64,000 nt of DNA from Actinomycetota bacterium (GTDB lineage: Bacteria; Actinomycetota; CADDZG01; JAHWKV01), in NCBI GenBank assembly GCA_051005875.1, contig JBPCIX010000057.1, positions 5,269-69,268 on the forward strand. Reading direction: 5' to 3'. The notes under the pieces were generated by a model that was not told where the DNA came from, ran no database searches, and saw only the letters and a list, made by a program, of their open reading frames with translations. Below are positions 26,517 through 36,149 of the stretch, in pieces; the stretch's first letter is position 1, and each line of letters begins with the position of its first letter. The position numbers were made by a program, and so were the translations under genes.

Positions 26517-27725
26517 CTAAAGGTCTCTTGCGAGCTTTGCGAGTTCCTCGGCCCTATCGGTGCGTTCCCAGGTGAAATTGTCGTTGTCGCTCCGGCCAAA
26601 ATGGCCGTAGGCGCTGGTATCCTTGTAAATGGGTCTCCTCAAATCGAGTTCCTTGATGATCGCGCCGGGCCTGAAATCGAAGAAGTCGATTACAAGGTCC
26701 TCAAGCTTTTGCGGATCAACTTCAGCCGTGCCGCGATCATCGATGTTGATCGAAACAGGGTGGGCTACTCCAATCGCGTAGGCAACGCGGACCTCACATC
26801 TCGTCATGATTCCTGACGCAACCAGATTCTTGGCCACATAACGAGCCATGTAAGCGCCAGAGCGATCCACCTTGGTGGGATCCTTGCCGGAAAAGCATCC
26901 TCCACCCTGGCTGCACATGCCCCCGTAAGAATCAACAATAATCTTGCGTCCAGTGAGGCCAGTGTCGGCCATGGGCCCGCCGATCTCGAACCGTCCCGTC
27001 GGGTTGACGAGCAACCGGATATCGTCGGACCAAAGGACGTCGGGCACGGTCGGCCGAACAACGTGCTCCAACAGATCGGGAGCGAGCAACGTCTCGATAT
27101 CGACCTCGGGCTGGTGCTGGGCTGAAATGACGATCGTGTCGATTCCCACGGGCACGCCGTCTTCGTACTGGACGCTAACCTGGCTCTTGCCGTCCGGGCG
27201 TAAGTAGGGCATCTCGCCGTTTTTTCGCTCGTCGGCTAAACGCTGAGCCAGCTTGTGCGCGAGCCAGATTGGCGTGGGCATCAAGTCCGTCTCAAGATCC
27301 GGCCGTTCCTTTGAAGCGTATCCGAACATCATCCCCTGATCGCCTGCTCCAATGGAGTCCAAAACGTCGGAGGCGCCTCCGCGCTCCTCAAACGCATGGT
27401 CCACGCCGATTGCAATATCGGACGACTGGTCCTGGATCGAGATAAGCACGCCGCAAGTCTCACCATCCATGCCCAGCTTCGCGTCGGTATAACCGACTTC
27501 TTTGATCGTCTCGCGCACAACGCTACGAATCTCAACGTAAGTGTCGGTCGTGATCTCGCCGGCGATAATCGCCTGCCCGGTCGTAACCAGGGTCTCGCAG
27601 GCAACCCGCCCGTTAGGGTCGTTGGTCAGGATGGAATCCAAAATGCCGTCGGAGATCCGGTCGGCAAGCTTATCGGGATGGCCTTCGGTAACAGACTCAG
27701 ATGTGAATAGATAACGACGCGCCAT
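26517..27725 (-). CDS. metK: S-adenosylmethionine synthase
   Basis: [25 protein letters not shown] and [19 protein letters not shown] are present. Confidence 0.97.
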   Translation of the reverse strand: MARRYLFTSESVTEGHPDKLADRISDGILDSILTNDPNGRVACETLVTTGQAIIAGEITTDTYVEIRSVVRETIKEVGYTDAKLGMDGETCGVLISIQDQSSDIAIGVDHAFEERGGASDVLDSIGAGDQGMMFGYASKERPDLETDLMPTPIWLAHKLAQRLADERKNGEMPYLRPDGKSQVSVQYEDGVPVGIDTIVISAQHQPEVDIETLLAPDLLEHVVRPTVPDVLWSDDIRLLVNPTGRFEIGGPMADTGLTGRKIIVDSYGGMCSQGGGCFSGKDPTKVDRSGAYMARYVAKNLVASGIMTRCEVRVAYAIGVAHPVSINIDDRGTAEVDPQKLEDLVIDFFDFRPGAIIKELDLRRPIYKDTSAYGHFGRSDNDNFTWERTDRAEELAKLARDL

Positions 27726-27771
27726 GCATGGCTCCTTCTATGAATAACGGGAAATGGACTATTTGCGACTG

Positions 27772-27777
27772 ATTATA
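27772..27777 (-). promoter_or_regulatory. Candidate -10 box (TATAAT) of a metK promoter
   Basis: A perfect TATAAT on the minus strand lies about 47 nt upstream of the metK ATG. GAAGGAG lies 6 nt before the ATG. No convincing -35 element was found. Confidence 0.4.
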
Positions 27778-27808
27778 CGGTTCGGAGTCCCCTGAACTTC
27801 CCTTAAGG

Positions 27809-29038
27809 CTACCTGCCTACTTGGGCCACCGCGTCGAGCACCAGGCGAGCCAGGTTCCGCTTTGACGTTAGCGGCAGATCTTCGATTTTTCCTTCGGTGT
27901 TCATCAGTAAGGCCTTATTGGTGTCTGCTTCGAATCCTGAGCCCTGCGTTCCAACTTTGTTGGCTACGATCAGGTCCAGTCCCTTTGCTTTCAGCTTGGC
28001 GATGGCCCTTTCTTCAAGATCGCTTACTTCGGCGCAAAAGCCTGCCAGTACTTTCAGGTTCGGCAGCAGCCCGGCTGCTCGTTTACTGCCAGCCTCGGCC
28101 AGAATGTCGGGTGCCGGTTCCAGGTGAATGCCTGGGGGCCCACTGCTCTTAGAAAGTTTTTGGTTGGTGCCCGACGTCGTTGAGGGCTGCCAGTCTGAAA
28201 CGGCCGCAGCCATAATCAAAACTTCGGCATCCTGAAGGGCCTTTTCCACTGCCTGTTGCATTTGGGCAGCGGTTTCGACTTCGATTGCGTTTACGCCTGT
28301 CGGGATAGGGAGCAATCGTGCTGCTGTTATCAGCGTTACCTTGGCGCCGCGCCTTACTGCCTCGCGGGCGAGTTCGTAGCCCATCTTGCCTGAGGATCGA
28401 TTGCCTATGAAGCGCACCGCGTCGATTGGCTCCCTCGTGCCCCCAGCGGTGATGACGATGTTTACTCCGGCCATGTGGATCCGCTTCGCCAGCTCCTCGG
28501 CGGCCGCTTCCAGAATTTCGGAGGCCTCGGCAAGACGGCCGACTCCCGAATCTGGACCCGCCAGGGCCCCCTCGGCCGGCCCGACAAACCGAACTCCCCG
28601 CGATTGCAAAGTGGCTACATTTAGCCGGGTGGCTTCGTCGTCCCACATTTCAGGGTGCATCGCAGGCGCCATCAGAATGGGGCAAGCGGCCGACAAAAGA
28701 GTGGCCGAAATTAGCTCATCGGAAATGCCGTGAGCGTACTTAGCAATTACTTTCGCAGTTGCGGGCGCAATCAGGATTAGATCGGACGTCCGGCCCAGAT
28801 CGGTGTGGATGATCTTTGAGGCCACCGTTTCGGGAAATAGTTCGGATCGCACCGGATTTCCGGTCAGGGTTGCGAATGTAAGGGCCCCAACGAAATTCGT
28901 GGCCGACGGGGTCATGATCACCCGAACCTCAGCCCCGGCCTGAGTCAGCCTACGAGCAACCTCAACGACTTTGTAAGCAGCAATCCCCCCGCAAACCCCC
29001 AGGGCCACCTTTCGCCCTCGAATATTCTCTAAAACCAT
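27809..29038 (-). CDS. coaBC: Bifunctional phosphopantothenoylcysteine decarboxylase / phosphopantothenate--cysteine ligase
   Basis: 409 aa with the flavoprotein N-half GVCGGIAAYK and a CoaB C-half containing ITAGGTREPID.VRFIGNRSSGKMG. Confidence 0.94.
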   Translation of the reverse strand: MVLENIRGRKVALGVCGGIAAYKVVEVARRLTQAGAEVRVIMTPSATNFVGALTFATLTGNPVRSELFPETVASKIIHTDLGRTSDLILIAPATAKVIAKYAHGISDELISATLLSAACPILMAPAMHPEMWDDEATRLNVATLQSRGVRFVGPAEGALAGPDSGVGRLAEASEILEAAAEELAKRIHMAGVNIVITAGGTREPIDAVRFIGNRSSGKMGYELAREAVRRGAKVTLITAARLLPIPTGVNAIEVETAAQMQQAVEKALQDAEVLIMAAAVSDWQPSTTSGTNQKLSKSSGPPGIHLEPAPDILAEAGSKRAAGLLPNLKVLAGFCAEVSDLEERAIAKLKAKGLDLIVANKVGTQGSGFEADTNKALLMNTEGKIEDLPLTSKRNLARLVLDAVAQVGR

Positions 29039-29060
29039 TTGACCAGCTTACTTACTCAAC

Positions 29061-29098
29061 GGCCCTTCCTGCGCTTCGAGGCCTAGTGCAGGTGGCCC
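29061..29098 (-). repeat. Internally deleted mini-copy of the structured inverted-repeat element (arms only)
   Basis: The sequence is GGCCCTTCCTGCGCTTCGAGGCCTAGTGCAGGTGGCCC. Its left 20 nt differ at 1 position from 29104-29123, and its right 15 nt are identical to 29180-29194. Confidence 0.7.
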
Positions 29099-29100
29099 CG

Positions 29101-29194
29101 GGCCTCCTGCGCTGCGAGGCCTAGGCGCGAGGGTGCGCCGCGTGCTGTGCACGCAAGCTCCCGATAAACAACGGGATCGTAGTGCAGGTGGCCC
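29101..29194 (-). repeat. Structured inverted-repeat element, copy B (94 nt), in the rpoZ-coaBC spacer
   Basis: The arms are GGCCTCCTGC and GCAGGTGGCC. Internal hairpins are GGCGC-GAGGGT-GCGCC (29124-29139), GCGTGC-TGT-GCACGC (29140-29154) and TCCCG-ATAAACAA-CGGGA (29159-29176), in the same order as copy A. Confidence 0.75.
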
Positions 29195-29195
29195 G

Positions 29196-29450
29196 TTACT
29201 TGACGCGAGATTCTACTTCCGGAGGCCTTTCCCAGCCGAACTTACCTTCTGAGATTTCTGCGAGAGCTACCGACAGCGCTTGTGTATTCTCGCCCAAGCT
29301 CGGAATCTGAGGTGGGACGAAGTCTCGAATCCCCTCGCCTAGCTGGGAGTAATAGGAATTGATCTCGCGGGCGCGCTTTGCTGCAAGCACCACCAGCGTG
29401 TAACGGCTGTCGACCTTGTCGGTCAGCTTTTCGATTCTCGGGTAGATCAT
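29196..29450 (-). CDS. rpoZ: DNA-directed RNA polymerase subunit omega
   Basis: 84 aa containing SRYTLVVLAAKRAREIN. Confidence 0.93.
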   Translation of the reverse strand: MIYPRIEKLTDKVDSRYTLVVLAAKRAREINSYYSQLGEGIRDFVPPQIPSLGENTQALSVALAEISEGKFGWERPPEVESRVK

Positions 29451-30013
29451 TGGTCCGCCTTTAGTTTGTCCATCAAATTTAGCACCTCTGCGACGGCTTG
29501 ATCCACTTCGACGTTTACGATCACGCCGTCGAAGTGCTTTTTTTTGCGTAGTTCGTCGTAAGCAGCCGAGAGTCTGCGGTTCATCACTTCTTCTTTCTCG
29601 GTGCTCCTCGTCCGCAAGCGCTGCTCAAGGATTTGCATCGAGGGCGCCTCGATAAAGATTAACTTGGCCTGCGGCATCGTGGCCTTAACTTGCGAAGCGC
29701 CCTGGACATCGATCTCGAGGAGAACGTCGTAGCCGGCCGCATGTTCCGCCGCGACCCTCTGCCTGGATGTCCCATACAAGTTGTTGTGGACTTCGGCCCA
29801 CTCAAGAAATTCACCTCGATCCCTAATTGCAAGAAATTCGCGCTCCGAAATAAAATGATAATGAACTCCCTCGATTTCCATAGGCCTGGCCGGCCGTGTC
29901 GTGTACGAAACCGACAGCTTTAGATCAGGCCGGCGAGCCAGGAGTCCTTGGACTATGGTCCCCTTGCCTGCACCGGATGGCCCGGAGACGATGAATAAGC
30001 GCGGCTCGATTAT
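29447..30013 (-). CDS. gmk: Guanylate kinase, with a start inferred at non-canonical ATA (30013) or ATC (30010)
   Basis: The ORF track copy (29447..29881) lacks the P-loop. The same frame continues upstream as IIEPRLFIVSGPSGAGKGTIVQGLLARRPDLKLSVSYTTRPARP with no ATG, GTG or TTG. GAAGGAG lies 5 nt before the ATA. Confidence 0.8.
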   Translation of the reverse strand: MIEPRLFIVSGPSGAGKGTIVQGLLARRPDLKLSVSYTTRPARPMEIEGVHYHFISEREFLAIRDRGEFLEWAEVHNNLYGTSRQRVAAEHAAGYDVLLEIDVQGASQVKATMPQAKLIFIEAPSMQILEQRLRTRSTEKEEVMNRRLSAAYDELRKKKHFDGVIVNVEVDQAVAEVLNLMDKLKADQ

Positions 30014-30321
30014 TCGAACTCCTTCAACAAAGACTCCTTTTGTTTTGCGCCCAACCCTTTGACACGCCGGGACTGCGATATGTCCAGCCGGTCCATAATC
30101 CTTCGTGCTCGGATCTTACCGACACCGGGCATGGATTCGAGCACTGCCACGACCTTCATTTTCGCCTCGACTCCATCTGAGTTTGAATTCAAAAGCTCCT
30201 TTAGCCCGGTCCTGCCTGACTTCAGTGATTCTTTAAGCTCTGCCCGCACCTTGCGGGTAGCGGCCGCTTTTGCCAAAGCTGCGCGGCGTTGTTCGTCGGT
30301 AAGGGAGGGCGGAAGTGGCAC
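30010..30321 (-). CDS. mihF: Actinobacterial integration host factor mIHF
   Basis: 103 aa containing LESMPGVGKIRARRIMDRLDISQSRRVKGLG. The conserved position is upstream of gmk-rpoZ. Confidence 0.9.
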   Translation of the reverse strand: MPLPPSLTDEQRRAALAKAAATRKVRAELKESLKSGRTGLKELLNSNSDGVEAKMKVVAVLESMPGVGKIRARRIMDRLDISQSRRVKGLGAKQKESLLKEFE

Positions 30322-30334
30322 GCTGGCATAATAT

Positions 30335-30350
30335 CCGTCCGGCCGGACGG
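30335..30350 (-). other. Perfect 16-nt palindrome CCGTCCGGCCGGACGG 13 nt upstream of the mihF GTG
   Basis: This was read directly. The hairpin has a 6-bp stem and 4-nt loop followed by AUAUUAU in the RNA sense. It could be a pyrF terminator or attenuator, or a protein site. Confidence 0.4.
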
Positions 30351-30377
30351 TGTACCAACAAACTGATTTTAACCGAG

Positions 30378-30403
30378 GTCAGACGGGGAGGTCAGACGGG
30401 GAG
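30378..30403. repeat. Perfect 13-nt tandem duplication GTCAGACGGGGAG x2 spanning the pyrF stop codon
   Basis: Positions 30378-30390 and 30391-30403 are identical. The pyrF TGA lies in the second unit, and a duplicate out-of-use TGA lies in the first. Confidence 0.9.
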
Positions 30404-31105
30404 CCTGGCCAGTCTCATTTCCTCGATGATCAAAATCGCCGCAGCTACCGGATCTTCTGAGCCTGTAATGGGGCGACCCACCACAACGTAACCGGCGCCT
30501 GATTTGGCTGCTTCGGCGGGGCTCATTGTCCTGGATTGATCTTCCCTTTTGGCGCCGGCCGGCCTTATTCCCGGGACAACCAGCTTCAGCTGATCACCGA
30601 ACTCTCTCAGCAATATTTCTATTTCCAGGGGGGAACAAACCACCGCTCTTGCTCCGGCGCCGACCGCCACTCCGGCTAGACGAACAACCTGATCCGCGAC
30701 ATTCGAGCCTTGACCAAGCTCTGCAAGGTCGGCCGAAGAAAGACTTGTCAATGTTGTTACGGCCGCCACTATTGGGGGCGCTTCAACTTCAGCAGCCGCG
30801 TTGACCGCTGATCTGATCATTTGCCGTCCCCCCGAAGCATGTACGGTCAACATCCAACATCCCAACTCTGCGAGCTTGCCGGCGGCTAAGCCGACCTGGT
30901 GAGGAATATCGTGCAGCTTCAAATCGCAAAACACAGGGCCGTACTGCCTGATCCGCCTAACCGCCTCGGGGCCGTACCCTGCAAACAGAGTGAGGCCCAC
31001 CTTGAACGCATCGACGCCACCTTCAAGTTGCCGGGCCAGCTCTTCTGCTTCCGTCAGGCTGGTGTGATCCAGAGCGACTATGAGACCGGTTTGGGCGTTG
31101 GTCAT
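30392..31105 (-). CDS. pyrF: Orotidine 5'-phosphate decarboxylase
   Basis: LIVALDH, FKVGLTLF and FCDLKLHDIP are present. Confidence 0.93.
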   Translation of the reverse strand: MTNAQTGLIVALDHTSLTEAEELARQLEGGVDAFKVGLTLFAGYGPEAVRRIRQYGPVFCDLKLHDIPHQVGLAAGKLAELGCWMLTVHASGGRQMIRSAVNAAAEVEAPPIVAAVTTLTSLSSADLAELGQGSNVADQVVRLAGVAVGAGARAVVCSPLEIEILLREFGDQLKLVVPGIRPAGAKREDQSRTMSPAEAAKSGAGYVVVGRPITGSEDPVAAAILIIEEMRLARLPV

Positions 31106-32028
31106 CCTTCGATCTTCAGCTGACCTCTAAGAGAAGAAAGACTGCGGACTCCGTGATCCTTCAGGTACTGGGCAATCCCTTTCGTAATATCTAACGCGGC
31201 TGCAGGATCGATGAAATTAACGGTCCCCAGAGCCACCGCGGTAGCCCCCGCCATAATGAACGCAATTGCATCTTCATGCCCCATAATGCCGCCCATTCCA
31301 ATTAAAGGTACATGCGGGAATTCGCGATGGACCTCGTGGACGCACCGAAGCGCAATCGGCCTTATGGCCGGCCCCGATAGGCCACCCATGACGCCCCCCA
31401 ACATTGGCCGGGCGGTTTCAATATCGACAGCCATTCCCATTACGGTATTTATCAGGCTTAACCCGTCCGCGCCGGCTTCTAATGCAGCCCCGGCAATCTC
31501 GGTGATGCTGGTGACATTCGGAGAAAGCTTGGCGAAAATCGGGACTTCGCTTGCACGGCGCACACTGCTGATAACTGACGATGTGGCTTTCGCATCGTGA
31601 GCGAACATGTTGCTTCGATCCTCAAGGTTTGGGCAGCTAATGTTGGCTTCAATTGCGATCACTCCCGGCGCGCCTCGAATGGCATCTGCGACATACATAA
31701 ACTCCTGGACGGTATTTCCTGCAATGCTGGCGATGACGGGAACCTTCATGCGGTTGAGCCACGGCAAATCCACGGCCAAGAAGTGCTGGACGCCCTTGTT
31801 TTGCAAACCAATTGCATTGAGCATTCCAGAAGGTGTTTCGACCATCCTGGGAGAGGGCTTGCCGGGCCACGGCTGCATTGTCATCGACTTGACCACGATG
31901 GCGCCGAGTTTCGTGATGTCCATGAACTCCGACATCTCCTGGCCCGATGCGAAGCAGCCCGAAGCGGTAACAATCGGCGACTTCAATCGTACGCCCGCAA
32001 GATCGACTGAAATATCAACGGTGGCCAT
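31102..32028 (-). CDS. pyrD: Dihydroorotate dehydrogenase, class 1B catalytic subunit
   Basis: 308 aa containing SPIVTASGCF and NISCPN. It is paired with an upstream pyrK. Confidence 0.92.
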   Translation of the reverse strand: MATVDISVDLAGVRLKSPIVTASGCFASGQEMSEFMDITKLGAIVVKSMTMQPWPGKPSPRMVETPSGMLNAIGLQNKGVQHFLAVDLPWLNRMKVPVIASIAGNTVQEFMYVADAIRGAPGVIAIEANISCPNLEDRSNMFAHDAKATSSVISSVRRASEVPIFAKLSPNVTSITEIAGAALEAGADGLSLINTVMGMAVDIETARPMLGGVMGGLSGPAIRPIALRCVHEVHREFPHVPLIGMGGIMGHEDAIAFIMAGATAVALGTVNFIDPAAALDITKGIAQYLKDHGVRSLSSLRGQLKIEG

Positions 32029-32040
32029 TAGTAAAGCGCC

Positions 32041-32886
32041 TTAGTTCCCGGGAGGGGCGGCAAGCGCCCCCGGTTTTGCGGCATGAGCATCCCAGGCGAT
32101 CCTGGCGCCGTTGAACACGGGCCCATCAACGCAGGTTCGGACATGAATTACGTCGGTCCCCTGCTTGTTCCACATGGGTTGCACACAAGTCATGCACACT
32201 CCCACACCGCAGCCCATCATCGCCTCCATGGCAACCTGCGCCGGAATTTTGTATTGCATGGCTATCTTGCTTACGGCTTGCAGCATCGGATTGGGCCCGC
32301 ACGCGTAGATGACCTCGGTTCCACATTTTTCGATCATTTCGGGTAGCAGCTCGGTCACGTAACCCTTGTGTCCCTCACTGCCATCATCTGTGCAAAATGC
32401 GGTCTTGGTACCCAGCCGTTTGGCGTCGATGGAGTTTAGGAAGCGGTTGACCGTCGCGGCCCCCCAAAGAACATCGACGCGCTTGCCGGCCGCCCTCAAC
32501 TCCTCGCCCAAAAAAATCAGAGGGGCGGCGCCGATCCCTCCCCCCACAAGGAGGCAAGAATTGCGTTTCTTGGGAATGGTGAATGGCCTGCCCACCGGAC
32601 CGATCAAATCGACCGTATCGTGCGGACGCAACAGTGCAAGAGCACCGGTTCCTCCGCCTCGTATGTCGAAAACGATCTCTACGGTGGCGGCCCAGCCGCC
32701 GCGCTTATTGACCCTGTAGATGGAAAACGGCCGTCGTAGTATGAAGTTGCGGTCTATGGGGGGTCGCAAATTGATGAATTGACCGGGTCGGGCTATCTTC
32801 GCAACCTCGGGAGTGACGATCGAGAGCAAATGGAACTCGTCGCCCATCTTCTTGTAAGAAAGAACCTCGGCAAGCTCTCTGATCAA
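32041..32886 (-). CDS. pyrK: Dihydroorotate dehydrogenase electron-transfer subunit
   Basis: The FAD/NAD-binding ferredoxin-reductase fold (RPFSI) is present, with the C-terminal 2Fe-2S Cys cluster [12 protein letters not shown]. Confidence 0.88.
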   Translation of the reverse strand: MIRELAEVLSYKKMGDEFHLLSIVTPEVAKIARPGQFINLRPPIDRNFILRRPFSIYRVNKRGGWAATVEIVFDIRGGGTGALALLRPHDTVDLIGPVGRPFTIPKKRNSCLLVGGGIGAAPLIFLGEELRAAGKRVDVLWGAATVNRFLNSIDAKRLGTKTAFCTDDGSEGHKGYVTELLPEMIEKCGTEVIYACGPNPMLQAVSKIAMQYKIPAQVAMEAMMGCGVGVCMTCVQPMWNKQGTDVIHVRTCVDGPVFNGARIAWDAHAAKPGALAAPPGN

Positions 32887-35800
32887 TTGTCCGTCTCCGG
32901 AGGCGCCCCAACCCCCTCAAGGTAGTCCTGAAGACACCGCACCGCCAGACCGCGGCTTGCCGAGTCGATGCCTCTGACTGAAGCATGCAGCCCCGCCATG
33001 GTGGTTATGCAGGGTACATGCCTGGTGATGGCTGCGGTTCTAATTGTGTACCCGTCGGTCCTGGGGCCGTGGCCAAAAGGAGTATTGACAATGAGGTCGA
33101 CCTGGCCGGCAAGAATCTGGCCGACAATATTAGGAGAGCCTTCCGAGTGTTTGAGCACCCGGCGGGCCGGGATGCCGGCATTTCCTAGAACCTCGGAAGT
33201 TCCTGAGGTGGCCAAAATCTGAAACCCCAACTCGGCCAGTCGTTTGACCGGAGCGATTACCGCATTTTTATGTTTGTCTGCAACCGAAATGAACGCGGTG
33301 CCTTTGCCGGGCAAGTCGTAACCGGTGGCCGACTGACTTTTCGCGAAGGCTGCCCCCAGATCGTAGTCGATCCCCATCACCTCGCCGGTTGATTTCATCT
33401 CAGGCCCAAGAATAGTGTCGACGCCGGGGAAACGTGAGAAGGGCAAAACAGCCTCCTTGATGCCGCAATGCCTGAGCCGCCCCAACGGCCACCAGGGCCC
33501 CTGGCTTGGTTTGGATGGAAGGATGTCCATTCCCTTTAGGGTTTCGCCCAGCATTACCCTGACCGCCACTTTGGCTAAAGGCACGCCCGTGACCTTGCCG
33601 ACAAACGGGACGGTTCTGGACGCACGGGGGTTCACTTCAAGACAGTACACATGGTTATCTTTCAGGGCGAACTGAATGTTGACAAGCCCCCGCACTCCCA
33701 GGGCTTCGGCGATTCGCCTGGTTGATTCGGCCATCTCCTCGAGTAGCGGCCCTGCAATTGAATAAGGCGGTAAAACGCAGGCTGAGTCGCCGGAATGAAT
33801 TCCTGCTTCTTCAATGTGCTCCATAACGCCGCCTATGTAAAGGTCGGCGCCATCGAAAACAGCGTCGACATCTACCTCGATTGCGTCCTCGAGGAATCGA
33901 TCGATCAACAAGGGATGCTTAGGTGAAACCGCCGCCGCATTTTCGATATAGCGGCCCAGCATTTCGTCGTCATAAGCGATCTCCATTGCCCGTCCCCCTA
34001 ATACGTAGGAAGGTCGGACCAAAACGGGATACCCGATCGCTGCGGCAATCAGCCGGGCATCGGCGCCGGAAGCTGCAATCCCGCCGGGGGGCTGAGGGAC
34101 TCCGAGGTCGGCCAAGATTTTGTTGAATCGGCCCCTGTCTTCGGCGGCGTCGATTGAGTCGAACGACGTTCCGAGCATTTTCACGCCCGCTTGCTCCAAC
34201 CGAGCAGCGAGCTTCAAGGGCGTTTGACCACCCAAAGTTACAATTACGCCCAGAGGCTTTTCTCTGGTGATTACGTTCATCACCTCTTCAAATGCCAAGG
34301 GTTCAAAGTAGAGCCTGGTTGAGGTGTCGTAGTCGGTTGAGACGGTCTCGGGGTTGCAGTTGATCATGATCGCATCGAGGCCTGCCTCTTTGACCGCCAA
34401 GGCGGCGTGGACACAGCAATAGTCGAACTCGATCCCCTGACCTATCCGATTGGGTCCAGATCCAAGAATGATCACTCGCTCGGCATCCGAGACAAAACCT
34501 TCGTCCTCGTCCTCGTAGGCCGAGTAAAAGTAAGGTGTTTCGGCCGCGAATTCGGCAGCGCAGGTATCCACCGTCTTAAACGTGGGCGTCACCCCAGACT
34601 TCAGCCGGAGGTTTCTAATATCGCCTTCTTCGCACCCTCGCAGATACCCAATCTGAGCATCCGAAAAGCCCATTCGCTTGGCTTTGCGAAGGAGATACCT
34701 GTCCAGCTGGGCTGAAGATTCGATCTCGGCGCGACAATCAACGATCCGTTTGATCTCGGCCAAAAACCATGGATCGATTTTGCATGCCTGGTAAACCCGG
34801 CCGAGCGAGACACCGCTGCGAATAGCGGACTCGACCCACAGCAAGCGGTCCTCAGCGGGGATCCCTACTTTGCTCAACAAGTCCGACTCTCCCCGGGCCT
34901 CCCCCAGTTCATTCGCATGGCCGCCCAAACCCGGAAGGTCTGTTTCCAGCGACCGGAATGCTTTTTGCAGGGCTTGAGGAAACGTTCGGCCAATCGCCAT
35001 CACCTCGCCCACCGACTTCATCTGGGTGCCGAGGGTGGGGTCTGCGTCGGGAAATTTTTCAAAGGCCCATTTGGGGACTTTCACCACCACGTAGTCAATA
35101 GCCGGCTCGAATGACGCTGGAGTTGTGCCGGTGATGTCGTTGGGGATTTCGTCGAGCGTGTAGCCGATCGCCAGTTTGGCAGCGATCTTTGCGATCGGAA
35201 ACCCAGTGGCCTTAGAAGCCAACGCGGACGAGCGAGAGACCCGAGGGTTCATTTCGATTACCACCATGCGACCATCGGCCGGGTTGACCGCGAATTGAAT
35301 GTTTGATCCGCCGGTTTCTACCCCGATCTTGCGGATGACCCGGGCGGCGGCATCGCGCATCGTTTGGTATTCGCGATCGGACAGCGTCTGAGCAGGGGCG
35401 ACCGTGATCGAGTCACCCGTATGAACCCCCATTGGATCAAGGTTTTCAACCGAGCAGACAACAACAAAGTTGTCTTTGCGGTCACGCATTACTTCGAGTT
35501 CGAATTCCTTCCAGCCCTCGATAGACTCCTCGATTAGCACTTCTGAGATAGGTGAGAGTTTTAGGCCCTCAGCCGCGATCTCAGCCAGGCCCTGTTCGTC
35601 TCGGGCGATGCCGGAGCCGGCGCCGCCAAGGGTAAACGAGGCCCTAACTACGGCGGGTAGTCCGATCCTGGCGCCGACCGACATGGCTTCTTCCATTGAA
35701 TAAGCAAATCCTGAGCGAGGAAGGTCCAACCCAATTTCTGTCATGGCGGCTTTGAACAACCTGCGGTCCTCTGCCATTCGAATCGCAGCTGGATTGGCTC

Positions 35801-36149
35801 CCACCAATTCCACTCCGTACGACTCAAAGATTCCTGCTTCGTCGGCAGCGATGGCCACGTTGAGCGCCGTCTGGCCGCCGAGCGTAGGCAGACAAGCGTC
35901 GGGCCGCTCAAGGGCAATTATCTGCTCGACAACTTCAAGAGTTATCGGTTCGATGTAAGTGCGGTCGACGAGTTCAGGGTCCGTCATGATCGTTGCCGGG
36001 TTGGAATTCAGCAAGATGACCCGGATCCCGTCCTCCTTTAGAACCTTGCATGCCTGGGTCCCGGAGTAATCGAACTCGCAGCCCTGGCCGATCACGATGG
36101 GACCCGACCCGATAATCAGCATCGACCCGATGTCAGTTCGACGGGGCAT
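32883..36149 (-). CDS. carB: Carbamoyl-phosphate synthase large subunit
   Basis: 1088 aa starting [30 protein letters not shown], with duplicated ATP-grasp halves. Confidence 0.97.
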   Translation of the reverse strand: MPRRTDIGSMLIIGSGPIVIGQGCEFDYSGTQACKVLKEDGIRVILLNSNPATIMTDPELVDRTYIEPITLEVVEQIIALERPDACLPTLGGQTALNVAIAADEAGIFESYGVELVGANPAAIRMAEDRRLFKAAMTEIGLDLPRSGFAYSMEEAMSVGARIGLPAVVRASFTLGGAGSGIARDEQGLAEIAAEGLKLSPISEVLIEESIEGWKEFELEVMRDRKDNFVVVCSVENLDPMGVHTGDSITVAPAQTLSDREYQTMRDAAARVIRKIGVETGGSNIQFAVNPADGRMVVIEMNPRVSRSSALASKATGFPIAKIAAKLAIGYTLDEIPNDITGTTPASFEPAIDYVVVKVPKWAFEKFPDADPTLGTQMKSVGEVMAIGRTFPQALQKAFRSLETDLPGLGGHANELGEARGESDLLSKVGIPAEDRLLWVESAIRSGVSLGRVYQACKIDPWFLAEIKRIVDCRAEIESSAQLDRYLLRKAKRMGFSDAQIGYLRGCEEGDIRNLRLKSGVTPTFKTVDTCAAEFAAETPYFYSAYEDEDEGFVSDAERVIILGSGPNRIGQGIEFDYCCVHAALAVKEAGLDAIMINCNPETVSTDYDTSTRLYFEPLAFEEVMNVITREKPLGVIVTLGGQTPLKLAARLEQAGVKMLGTSFDSIDAAEDRGRFNKILADLGVPQPPGGIAASGADARLIAAAIGYPVLVRPSYVLGGRAMEIAYDDEMLGRYIENAAAVSPKHPLLIDRFLEDAIEVDVDAVFDGADLYIGGVMEHIEEAGIHSGDSACVLPPYSIAGPLLEEMAESTRRIAEALGVRGLVNIQFALKDNHVYCLEVNPRASRTVPFVGKVTGVPLAKVAVRVMLGETLKGMDILPSKPSQGPWWPLGRLRHCGIKEAVLPFSRFPGVDTILGPEMKSTGEVMGIDYDLGAAFAKSQSATGYDLPGKGTAFISVADKHKNAVIAPVKRLAELGFQILATSGTSEVLGNAGIPARRVLKHSEGSPNIVGQILAGQVDLIVNTPFGHGPRTDGYTIRTAAITRHVPCITTMAGLHASVRGIDSASRGLAVRCLQDYLEGVGAPPETDN

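Noticed and set aside
27726-27808. A SAM riboswitch in front of metK
   Set aside because: The spacer is only 83 nt, and about 45 nt remain after the candidate TATAAT box. That is too short, and no conserved aptamer-like helices are visible.
29447-29881. gmk as a 5'-truncated pseudogene lacking its P-loop
   Set aside because: The P-loop and N-terminus are encoded intact in the same frame immediately upstream, with a strong SD. The truncation is an artefact of requiring ATG, GTG or TTG as a start.
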